Assembly: GCA_041651015.1 (NCBI GenBank) | Contig: JBAZKA010000003.1 | Location: forward strand, 117,755-181,754 | Direction: 5' to 3' | DNA from: Patescibacteria group bacterium | Lineage (GTDB): Bacteria > Patescibacteriota > Patescibacteriia > Magasanikbacterales > GWA2-37-8 | Length of the DNA stretch: 64,000 nt | Part shown: one piece after another, positions 56,923 through 64,000 of the stretch | Layout of the letters: every line of letters begins with the position of its first letter | Position numbering within the stretch: position 1 is the first letter of the stretch | The notes under the pieces: model-generated | Databases searched by the model: none | What the model saw: the letters and a program-made list of their open reading frames with translations, nothing else | What the model was told of the DNA's origin: nothing | Position numbers and translations under genes: made by a program

Positions 56923-56987
56923 ATAATAACAAATAAGCGGAAATATGTCAAGGGGGGCTTGACAAAATGGCCTTTTTGTGCTATTCT
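56923..56987. promoter_or_regulatory. Back-to-back divergent sigma70 promoters
   Basis: TTGACA on minus (56946-56951) toward rplJ; TTGACA-17-(TGc)TATTCT on plus (56959-56987). Confidence 0.7.
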
Positions 56988-57126
56988 TATACGTTAGTGG
57001 TTAAATTAACCAATCTCCTTATGCACGGAAATACTTCCGTGCAGAAGCCGGATTGAATATCCGACTGCCCTTTTTACCAAAACAAACTCGGTTTGGAGAA
57101 ACCGAGTAATACGAAGGAGAAAAGAG

Positions 57127-57357
57127 ATGAAAACAATTATCCTGTTTGCCGTCGGAGCCGTCAGTATGTTCGTCGTGCCGCCTATCCTCTATCATTTCGT
57201 CAACAAAAGGGAGCAAGTGCGGGCCGGTGGCGACCAATGCAACAGCAGCGGGTCGTCCGGTTTCCAAATGACCGCGCCGAATTTCGCCATGATGATCGCA
57301 TTTTTGATCGGCGCCGTGATCACGTTCTTCGTGAAAGGGTTGCTAAATATATCGTGA
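57127..57357 (+). CDS. Small two-TM hypothetical protein
   Basis: AAGGAGA SD; two hydrophobic segments. Confidence 0.6.
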   Translation: MKTIILFAVGAVSMFVVPPILYHFVNKREQVRAGGDQCNSSGSSGFQMTAPNFAMMIAFLIGAVITFFVKGLLNIS

Positions 57358-57480
57358 TGTAACGAAGATACGACGCTGCCCCGCCTGCCTCGAAGCTCCC
57401 GCCTAAATCTCCCGCCCGATGACAGCGTCATGTCATCAATCCCCTTTTACAATTGTCTCGGACGATTATAAATAGGATTA

Positions 57481-57517
57481 AAAAGACTGTCAGCCCAAGG
57501 CTGACAGTCTTTTGTTT
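57481..57517. terminator. Bidirectional terminator
   Basis: aaagactgtcagccc-aa-gggctgacagtcttt between convergent genes. Confidence 0.75.
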
Positions 57518-58207
57518 TTATTCAATCATCGTCCCGATAAACTTCTTGCCCTCAATCGCCTTTTTCACTTCAATCAAATTCGCGCCAGACATAACTACGA
57601 CTTTCATTTGCATTTTTTCCGCGCCGCGCGCCGCCACCGGATCAAAAGGAAAATTCGCGCCCGGAATCCATTTATCACCGACAATTTTACGAAAATCTTT
57701 CCAGGAAACGTTGACTAATTTTTTGGCTTCTGGATTTGTCCGGGGATCGCTGTCGTAAACATATTCAATATTGGACAAGTTGATTAAAGTTTTCGCGCCG
57801 TAAGTTTTGGCAATAAGCACAGCATCATAATCCGTGGAACAGCCCGGCTGCCAACCGGCGCCAACCAAAACTTTTTCTTTCCAATTAATTTTTTTGGTGG
57901 GATTTTTTATCACCACCGGATTGGCATAATCGCGAAATATTGTCCGCATAAAATGCGCGTTCAAACGAGTGGTATGGATTCCAATCCAATCAATATCCTC
58001 GGGCACCAAATCCCCTACTTCGCGCGCCGCGGCCTGATATTGCCGAGCGGTCCAGCCGCCGCCGCACACGATAATAAATCGGTAGCCGTTTTTGATTTGA
58101 GCCAAAATCATCTTTTTAAAATTCTTCAAAAATTTAACATCAAATCCGGTTTTGGGAATGATGAGGGATCCGCCGAGAGATAAGACGATTGTTTTGTTCG
58201 TGGACAT
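57518..58207 (-). CDS. pyrH: UMP kinase (archaeal type)
   Basis: SLGGS, VCGGG..AR.YQ, DWIGIHTTRLNA, PGCSTDYDA, PFDPVA. Confidence 0.92.
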   Translation of the reverse strand: MSTNKTIVLSLGGSLIIPKTGFDVKFLKNFKKMILAQIKNGYRFIIVCGGGWTARQYQAAAREVGDLVPEDIDWIGIHTTRLNAHFMRTIFRDYANPVVIKNPTKKINWKEKVLVGAGWQPGCSTDYDAVLIAKTYGAKTLINLSNIEYVYDSDPRTNPEAKKLVNVSWKDFRKIVGDKWIPGANFPFDPVAARGAEKMQMKVVVMSGANLIEVKKAIEGKKFIGTMIE

Positions 58208-58250
58208 ACAAATGAATTAATTGATGTATTTTTTATTACTATTATAATAT

Positions 58251-58378
58251 CAAATATCCAATGACAAATTTCCAATCAATCCGCCGACCGGCGAACAAAA
58301 CTCAAATTTCAAATCTTCCGTATTTTGTCATTTGGATTTTGACATTGATTTGACATTGGAAATTGGGATTTTGACATT
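58251..58378. repeat. Degenerate heptamer repeats in inverted arrangement around a small hairpin
   Basis: caaatatccaatgacaaatttccaat... versus ...tttgacattgatttgacattggaaattgggattttgacatt. Confidence 0.6.
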
Positions 58379-58579
58379 AAACCGTCTTCAAATTTTTCTT
58401 TACCCATTTTTCATTGTTAACTCTGCTCTTGGCATCGGCATAAAAAACACTCTTGTTCGCCTTGAACAAACTCGGCGTACGGTACGCCGTTTTGCCTTTT
58501 TGCGCGCGGTTGGAAGAATAATTTTTCATACACTTTTGCTATTCGTATAATTCGCATGCATTCGTATATTGGCATCGCA

Positions 58580-58927
58580 CTAATACGCTTTTTTATTCAA
58601 AATAACATTGGTGAGCCAAGCTGTGAGCCACATAATGAGAGCGCCCCAAAAAGCCGGCCAAAAACCGGCCACGGAAAATCCTTTGACAATGGTGGAAGCA
58701 AGCCAAAACATCAGGGCGTTAATGACGAGGGTGAAAAGCCCGAGGGTGATAATGTTCACCGGCAGGGTCAAAAGCAAAGCAATCGGCCGGACGAGCGCGT
58801 TGATCAAGCCAAAAATTAAAGCAGCGATAAGCGCGCTGTAAAAATTGGCCATGTGAATACCCGGCACGTACATAGCGATAAGCATGAGGGCCGCGGCGCT
58901 GATGAGCCAACGAAGGATGAGTTTCAT
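58580..58927 (-). CDS. Four-TM YvlD / phage holin superfamily IV membrane protein
   Basis: GLINALVRP..LLTLP...TLGLF.LVINA. Confidence 0.88.
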   Translation of the reverse strand: MKLILRWLISAAALMLIAMYVPGIHMANFYSALIAALIFGLINALVRPIALLLTLPVNIITLGLFTLVINALMFWLASTIVKGFSVAGFWPAFWGALIMWLTAWLTNVILNKKAY

Positions 58928-58944
58928 AGTAATTGAATTAATAA

Positions 58945-59550
58945 TTAAACGCCAACTAATAATTTCATAATCCAACCAATCACCGGCGAAATCAGTTCAA
59001 ACAAAAAGAAAACAAAAAACATAAGCAAAATAAAACCGTAGCGTTCTAGAAACATTTTTACTCCGCGGGCTGAATCCGGTAAAATCGCGTATAATATTTT
59101 GGAACCGTCCAAAGGCGGAATCGGCACGAGATTGAATACCAACAACATTACATTGGCATAAGCAATAATATAAAAAAATTCTACAGCCGCCGAGTAAGGA
59201 AAAAATCTAACAAGCATGCCGAAACACAAAGCCAATAAAAAATTGGCCAACGGTCCGGCTATGGCCACGAGGGCCGGGCCCCATTTTTGGTTTTTTAAAT
59301 TGTATGGGTTGTAGGGCACGGGCTTGGCGTAGGCAAACAAGAAACTCCCGCCCGAGATAAAAAATAATATCAAAGGCATCAAAATAGTGCCCCACATATC
59401 AATGTGGGCTTTGGGATTCAAAGTCAGACGGCCGGCATAACGCGCGGTCGAGTCGCCCAAACGGTCGGCCATGGCGCCATGAGCATATTCATGAATTATG
59501 GCCGAAGGGATAATCACCAGAAAGTAAAATACTAATTGTAACGGATTCAT
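58945..59550 (-). CDS. Site-2 protease (M50)
   Basis: HEYAH, GRLTLNP, AGPLAN, FNLVPIPPLDG. Confidence 0.95.
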   Translation of the reverse strand: MNPLQLVFYFLVIIPSAIIHEYAHGAMADRLGDSTARYAGRLTLNPKAHIDMWGTILMPLILFFISGGSFLFAYAKPVPYNPYNLKNQKWGPALVAIAGPLANFLLALCFGMLVRFFPYSAAVEFFYIIAYANVMLLVFNLVPIPPLDGSKILYAILPDSARGVKMFLERYGFILLMFFVFFLFELISPVIGWIMKLLVGV

Positions 59551-59632
59551 AAATCTTGATTGATGGAGATTGTGACGACAATTTTCATGCCTGCCCCGCA
59601 GTGAACGAGCAAAGCGAGTTCTACTGCCGGGG

Positions 59633-59661
59633 TTGACAAAATCTAAATATTGGATTATAAT
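59633..59661 (+). promoter_or_regulatory. Consensus sigma70 promoter of rpmB
   Basis: TTGACA-17 bp-TATAAT. Confidence 0.85.
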
Positions 59662-59716
59662 GTCCCTATTATAGCTAATTATTCAAAATAGTTCAATTCT
59701 CTAATCACCTTTTCAT

Positions 59717-59896
59717 ATGAGCCGAACTTGCACACTTTGCGGTAAAACCGCCGCCCGCGCGAACAATGTTTCCCACTCAAACATCAAAACTCCGCGCCAT
59801 CAAAAACCGAATTTACAGACCGTAAAAATGTCGGGCGCCAAAGTCAAGGCCTGCACCACTTGTCGCCGAACTTTGAACAAAAACCTGACCAAATAA
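59717..59896 (+). CDS. rpmB: 50S ribosomal protein L28
   Basis: Manual translation MSRTCTLCGKTAARANNVSHSNIKTPRHQKPNLQ...ACTTCRRTL (59 aa); missing from the ORF track; terminator at 59910-59941. Confidence 0.95.
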   Translation: MSRTCTLCGKTAARANNVSHSNIKTPRHQKPNLQTVKMSGAKVKACTTCRRTLNKNLTK

Positions 59897-60001
59897 TCAA
59901 CCACTCTCCAATCCCCCGCATTTGCGGGGGATTTTGTTTTTACGCTTGTCAAAAGCATTAATTTTATGTTAATATATGTCCATATTTTACTAATATACAT
60001 T

Positions 60002-60418
60002 ATGCAGAAAACGCAAAATAAAACCACCAACAAAACAGCGCAAATTATCCTACTGGTTATTACCGTGCTAATCGCCTGCGCCGGTTTAATTTGGCTTATC
60101 ACCAAAAGCGCCTCAAACGACTCGGACGATAACGGCGACAATGCCACCAGCACAGTCTCGCTCTATTACCGCGATGATTGTCCGCATTGCCAAAATGTAG
60201 AAAAATTTATGCAAGAAAATAATGTCACTGCCACTGTCCCCGTTATTATGAAAGAAGTGATGAATAATATTGAAAATAACAACGACCTGATGGTTCGTGC
60301 GACAAACTGCGGATACGACATTTCTTCGGTCGGCGTTCCTCTGCTTTACGATCACGGTACTTGTTATTCAGGCGATGAAGAAATCATCAATTATTTTCAA
60401 CAGAAGTTAAACAAATAA
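60002..60418 (+). CDS. Membrane-anchored glutaredoxin/thioredoxin-fold protein
   Basis: TM helix, CPHC, GVP, GD motifs. Confidence 0.8.
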   Translation: MQKTQNKTTNKTAQIILLVITVLIACAGLIWLITKSASNDSDDNGDNATSTVSLYYRDDCPHCQNVEKFMQENNVTATVPVIMKEVMNNIENNNDLMVRATNCGYDISSVGVPLLYDHGTCYSGDEEIINYFQQKLNK

Positions 60419-60429
60419 ACGGAGGGTGT

Positions 60430-60936
60430 ATGAAAAAAATCTTTGCGTTTTTTTTAACAATCGGTATGATGTTGTTTTGGGCTCTGCCGGCCAAGGCTGT
60501 CTGCCCGGTTTGCACCGTGGCGGTTATCGGCGGGCTCGGACTTTCGCGTTGGTTTGGTATTGACGACACCATCACCGGACTTTGGGCCGGCGCCGTGACA
60601 GCATCATTTACCTTGTGGACCATCAACTGGTTGAACAAAAAAAATATAAAATTTTACGGACGCAAAATTTTGGTAGCACTTTTTTGGTATGGCCTAACTT
60701 TTGTTCCTCTGCATTACATGGATATCATCGGCCACCCGCTTAATAAACTTTGGGGTGTGGATAAATTTGTTTTGGGTGTGATTATCGGCAGTATTGCTTT
60801 TGTCTTGGCCGGACAAATCTACGAATACATTAAAAAGAAAAATAACGGCAAGTCGCATTTCCGTTATGAAAAAATTGCGATGCATGTAGCGGCGCCGGCT
60901 ATTCTATCTGTCTTGTTTTATTTTATTACCCGTTAA
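60430..60936 (+). CDS. Membrane protein with N-terminal CPVC motif
   Basis: Signal-like N-terminus, AVCPVCTVAV, several TMs; GGAGGG SD. Confidence 0.75.
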   Translation: MKKIFAFFLTIGMMLFWALPAKAVCPVCTVAVIGGLGLSRWFGIDDTITGLWAGAVTASFTLWTINWLNKKNIKFYGRKILVALFWYGLTFVPLHYMDIIGHPLNKLWGVDKFVLGVIIGSIAFVLAGQIYEYIKKKNNGKSHFRYEKIAMHVAAPAILSVLFYFITR

Positions 60937-60937
60937 T

Positions 60938-61468
60938 ATGGAAAACGAACTAAAAAACTATCAAGAATTAGTGGACAAGGTGGACCAAATGAAAAAACAA
61001 GATAAAATGGATTTGTCTTCTGACCAAGATTTGTCCATCGCCATTATGAATCTGGTGAGCATTGAGGAACACTTTTTCTTTACCGCCAACAAAACCGGCA
61101 AGTCTGAATATTACGACTTATTACAAGAAGTGCGAAAAATGCGCGGCGACTTGCTCCGCAAAATTATTAAAGAATACGAAGGCGAGGTCTGGTGTATTTC
61201 CAAACATTTACTGGCTGCATCCATGCGTCTGATGGAAGTCGGCACCAAACAACACAAAATGGGCAATAAGGCCGAAGCTGAAGATCTGTTCAAAAAATCT
61301 TTTGACCTCTATTCCCTGTTTTGGGGTATCAACATGAAATTGGTCAAAACCGATGACATCAAACAAATTGACGGCGAAGCGCTGAACCGCCACGATGAAG
61401 AAAAAAAAGGGTTCATGGGCAAGCTCGGCGCCTTGGTAAAGAAAGCGATTGACTGCTGTATTGAGTAA
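60938..61468 (+). CDS. Conserved hypothetical helical protein with C-terminal CC
   Basis: EEH, WCISKH, DCCIE; 1 nt after the previous stop. Confidence 0.75.
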   Translation: MENELKNYQELVDKVDQMKKQDKMDLSSDQDLSIAIMNLVSIEEHFFFTANKTGKSEYYDLLQEVRKMRGDLLRKIIKEYEGEVWCISKHLLAASMRLMEVGTKQHKMGNKAEAEDLFKKSFDLYSLFWGINMKLVKTDDIKQIDGEALNRHDEEKKGFMGKLGALVKKAIDCCIE

Positions 61469-61482
61469 ATGCTATAATATAA

Positions 61483-61613
61483 TTGTTCTCAAAAGGGTGA
61501 AACTGTTCTACAAATAACATGTGAAGGTTCGCCGATATTTGTTTGGCTCGTGAGCTAAACGTGAGGCTTACCACCTATACATTAGGAACATGTTGCAACC
61601 CTTATGGGAACAA
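61483..61613 (+). ncRNA. ssrS: Probable 6S RNA
   Basis: Ends pair into a long rod (TTGTTCTC/GGGAACAA, AAGGGT/ACCCTT, TGTTCT/GGAACA) with a central A/C-rich bubble; TGcTATAAT just upstream and a terminator at 61615-61646. Confidence 0.65.
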
Positions 61614-61645
61614 CAAAAAATTCCTCCATCATGGAGGAATTTTTT

Positions 61646-61720
61646 TGTCATGCTGAACTTGTTTCAGCATCTTTAATATAATAATTGCGCGCAAGATCCT
61701 GAAATAAATTCAGGATGACA
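61646..61720. repeat. Inverted dimer of TGTC-tagged REP-like palindromes
   Basis: tgtcatgctgaacttgtttcagcatct ... agatcctgaaataaattcaggatgaca. Confidence 0.8.
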
Positions 61721-61728
61721 ATCAGTAT

Positions 61729-62328
61729 TTATTCCAATATCCCATCCAAATTCACATCGTACAAAATCTCTTCGGCCAGTAAACGATATTTGATAATCTC
61801 TTCCGGCTTGAACCAAATGGCAATCTCGCGTTCGGCCTCCTCGGGTTTATCCGAGCAATGAATCAAATTGCGGACAGCGCGTTCATCAGCGCCGGACAAG
61901 TCATATGAATCCAAAGTCATATCGCCGCGGATTGTGCCAACATCGGAAGTGAGTGGTTCGGTACCACCAACTAATTTCTTTACAATCCCAACCGCTTCAT
62001 TCCCCTGCCAAATCATAGCCACCACCGGACCGGAAGTCATAAATTTCACCAGAGCGCGGACAATGTCCTTGCCATATTCAATCGGCGCGCGGTCGGTCGG
62101 CAACCCGGCCAGTTTACGGCTCTCCACCATTTTAACGCCTTTGGTTTCAAACCAAGCGTCGTCTTTGTTGTAGTGGGTCCAGCATTGGTCTTCGGTCGGT
62201 AAAACTAATTTCAAAGCCACGAGTTTCAAACCCGTGCGTTCAAAGCGGCGGATAATTTCTCCGATGAGAGAGCGTTGCACACCATCGGGTTTTACCATTA
62301 CGTACGAGTGTTCATTTTTGTTGGCCAT
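61729..62328 (-). CDS. ndk: Nucleoside-diphosphate kinase
   Basis: VKPDGVQRSLIG, SGPVVAM, GTIRGD, RNLIHCSD. Confidence 0.95.
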   Translation of the reverse strand: MANKNEHSYVMVKPDGVQRSLIGEIIRRFERTGLKLVALKLVLPTEDQCWTHYNKDDAWFETKGVKMVESRKLAGLPTDRAPIEYGKDIVRALVKFMTSGPVVAMIWQGNEAVGIVKKLVGGTEPLTSDVGTIRGDMTLDSYDLSGADERAVRNLIHCSDKPEEAEREIAIWFKPEEIIKYRLLAEEILYDVNLDGILE

Positions 62329-62385
62329 ATTTGGATAATTAATATGTTGAATTTGAGAATATAGTATATGAAAAACGCATATTTG

Positions 62386-62745
62386 TCAATTCCTAATCAC
62401 TGCAAAACGGATTCTCGCGGTCTTGGTTTTCGCGTCCGCGTAAATTATTATGCCGGCCAAAAGTAAATTAACATCGCCGATATTTTTACGATAGCAATAA
62501 GATTTAACAGTTTTATTTAATTTATGGATTTTGGTCCGCGAAATAGCCAAGTCCGTGGCCAATTCGGCCTCGCGCCGAGTTTTTACTTCCACAAAATAAT
62601 AATCGCCGCCCAAACGAGCGACGATATCTATTTCACCTTGAGTGGTAAAAAAATTTCTATCCAGAATTTCAAAACCGCGCCGGCGTAAAAATGCAACCGC
62701 CAAGTCCTCGCCCCACTCCCCGAGGTCTTTGCGCGAACGCGTCAT
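62386..62745 (-). CDS. YraN family nuclease
   Basis: GEWGEDLA..FL, RNF, GEIDIV, FVEVKTR. Confidence 0.9.
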   Translation of the reverse strand: MTRSRKDLGEWGEDLAVAFLRRRGFEILDRNFFTTQGEIDIVARLGGDYYFVEVKTRREAELATDLAISRTKIHKLNKTVKSYCYRKNIGDVNLLLAGIIIYADAKTKTARIRFAVIRN

Positions 62746-62748
62746 AAA

Positions 62749-63150
62749 TTATTTTTTCGGCAAATATTTTTCCCTAATTTGTTTGTCCGCATGCTCGGCT
62801 CTGATGCGTGGCACTCGGCGCGCGAGAAATATCACATGAACGACAATCCGCCAAAGCGCGCAACCAAAGATCAACACCAGCCAAAAACGCCAAGCCAAAA
62901 ACGGCACGCGTTCTTGCCGGAAAAACAACCAAAGCAAACCGGTCAGACCAACCGAGAGGCCAATCGTGCCAAAACTGTTAATAATCTTTTTAAGATATTT
63001 TTCTTCAAGGCGCTGTTGGACGATTTTCAAAATCAAGCCAACCAAAACACTGCCGAGAAAAATTCCCACCCAAATCCACATACTGGTACCACGCGCGATA
63101 AACGGCTGATGAAACCAATACGACAAGTCTAAAAAGTTTGTAATACTCAT
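62749..63150 (-). CDS. Three-TM hypothetical protein
   Basis: Hydrophobic helices, FFRQERVPFL, KYLP end. Confidence 0.75.
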   Translation of the reverse strand: MSITNFLDLSYWFHQPFIARGTSMWIWVGIFLGSVLVGLILKIVQQRLEEKYLKKIINSFGTIGLSVGLTGLLWLFFRQERVPFLAWRFWLVLIFGCALWRIVVHVIFLARRVPRIRAEHADKQIREKYLPKK

Positions 63151-63701
63151 ATTTTTTTCTTTTTAAATATCCGGCAGAAATGATACTCGCCCACCGCTAC
63201 TTTGTCAAATGGTTCAAAACCGGCTTTGGCCGCGAGCTTCACAAATTCATCTTGATCAACCATTTGAATTTCTTGCGGACCGAGCGGGCCGACTTTTTTG
63301 ACCCAATCAACTACCGCGAGATAGCCGTCGGGTTTTATCAAACGCGCTGCTTCACCCAAAGCCCGGTCGCGATTTTTGAGCATAAAAAACACATTCATAA
63401 AAAATCCCGCGTCCAAACTTTCATCCGGAATAGCGGCCGCGCCAACAGACTCCACATCAGACCAAACAGTTTGAATGTTGGAAAAGCCCGCGGATAACGC
63501 CTGGCTCTTAATGCTCTCCAAAACGTCCTTCATGATGTCCACGGCGTAGACCACGCCTTTCTCACCGACCAAGGGAGAGAGTAAATACACCACATGCCCG
63601 GTGCGTCCACAGCCAAAATCAGCCACGCGCGCGCCGGCATTGATTTGGATTTTATCAAGAATTTTGCTTGGATCAATTAACGCCGTCCCCGAATGAGTCA
63701 T
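63147..63701 (-). CDS. Class I SAM-dependent methyltransferase
   Basis: VADFGCGRTG, VYAVDI, GYLAVVDW. Confidence 0.88.
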   Translation of the reverse strand: MTHSGTALIDPSKILDKIQINAGARVADFGCGRTGHVVYLLSPLVGEKGVVYAVDIMKDVLESIKSQALSAGFSNIQTVWSDVESVGAAAIPDESLDAGFFMNVFFMLKNRDRALGEAARLIKPDGYLAVVDWVKKVGPLGPQEIQMVDQDEFVKLAAKAGFEPFDKVAVGEYHFCRIFKKKKI

Positions 63702-63702
63702 A

Positions 63703-63948
63703 TTAACGAATAAATAATTTTCCAATGGTTCCCATTACAAACGATTGTATCATATCGGTCGCGACCAGCATGCCGAAAAAAATGAAAGCAATTCCGATAA
63801 GCTTGTACATCAAACGACTACCGCCGGATGTGCCCATGTGTTCCTCGGCCCAAGAGATTGAACCGAAATTTAGATAAAACCATTCAGCTTTAAATACCAA
63901 AAGCGTACCGGCCGCCATCATAAGTATTCCGATAATGATATGCCCCAT
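63703..63948 (-). CDS. Small membrane protein
   Basis: Two TMs around FGSISWAEEHMG...YKLIG. Confidence 0.75.
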   Translation of the reverse strand: MGHIIIGILMMAAGTLLVFKAEWFYLNFGSISWAEEHMGTSGGSRLMYKLIGIAFIFFGMLVATDMIQSFVMGTIGKLFIR

Positions 63949-64000
63949 AAATAATGATTAATTACAGATGTGTTTATTATAACACAAAAACGGGGACAAA

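Noticed and set aside
58389-58529. 46-codon basic ORF on the minus strand
   Set aside because: No recognisable family and it lies between repeat tracts; cannot be supported.
58580-58927. Prophage suggested by a holin-family gene
   Set aside because: YvlD-type genes are commonly chromosomal, and there are no phage structural or lysis neighbours.

Overview
Chromosomal segment of a small-genome bacterium. Gene content fits Patescibacteria/CPR (Parcubacteria-like, genetic code 11): alpha2 GlyRS, archaeal-type UMP kinase, DUF4012, short TsaB, VirD4-like ATPase, SecD with PPIase inserts and mostly SD-less core genes. The core part holds five intact tRNAs, rpmG, tpiA, glyS, frr, holB, mreB, corA, dnaX, dus, secF/secD/secA, rplJL, pyrH, rpmB and ndk. 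A fermentation cluster (NuoF-like flavoprotein, ECF S-component, group A [FeFe]-hydrogenase, 2-oxoacid:ferredoxin oxidoreductase, ADP-forming acetyl-CoA synthetase) is interrupted by a type II R-M pair and by a GIY-YIG gene bounded by perfect 14-bp terminal inverted repeats. The most striking feature is a dense set of tiny palindromic mobile elements. They include the putative autonomous GIY-YIG mini-element, gene-less relatives with similar ends, TGTC-tagged REP-like hairpins and twin 15-bp hairpins. These elements sit in-frame inside proteins (GT4, DPM synthase, Dus, GlyRS, L10), abut -35 boxes, and interrupt the loops of two tandem pseudo-copies of tRNA-Gln. Also present are an integrase-free islet bounded by a duplicated mreB 3' end, ORFan cassettes with shared hairpins or terminators, an L10 leader and a probable 6S RNA. 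No CRISPR array, rRNA, prophage or classical transposase was seen.
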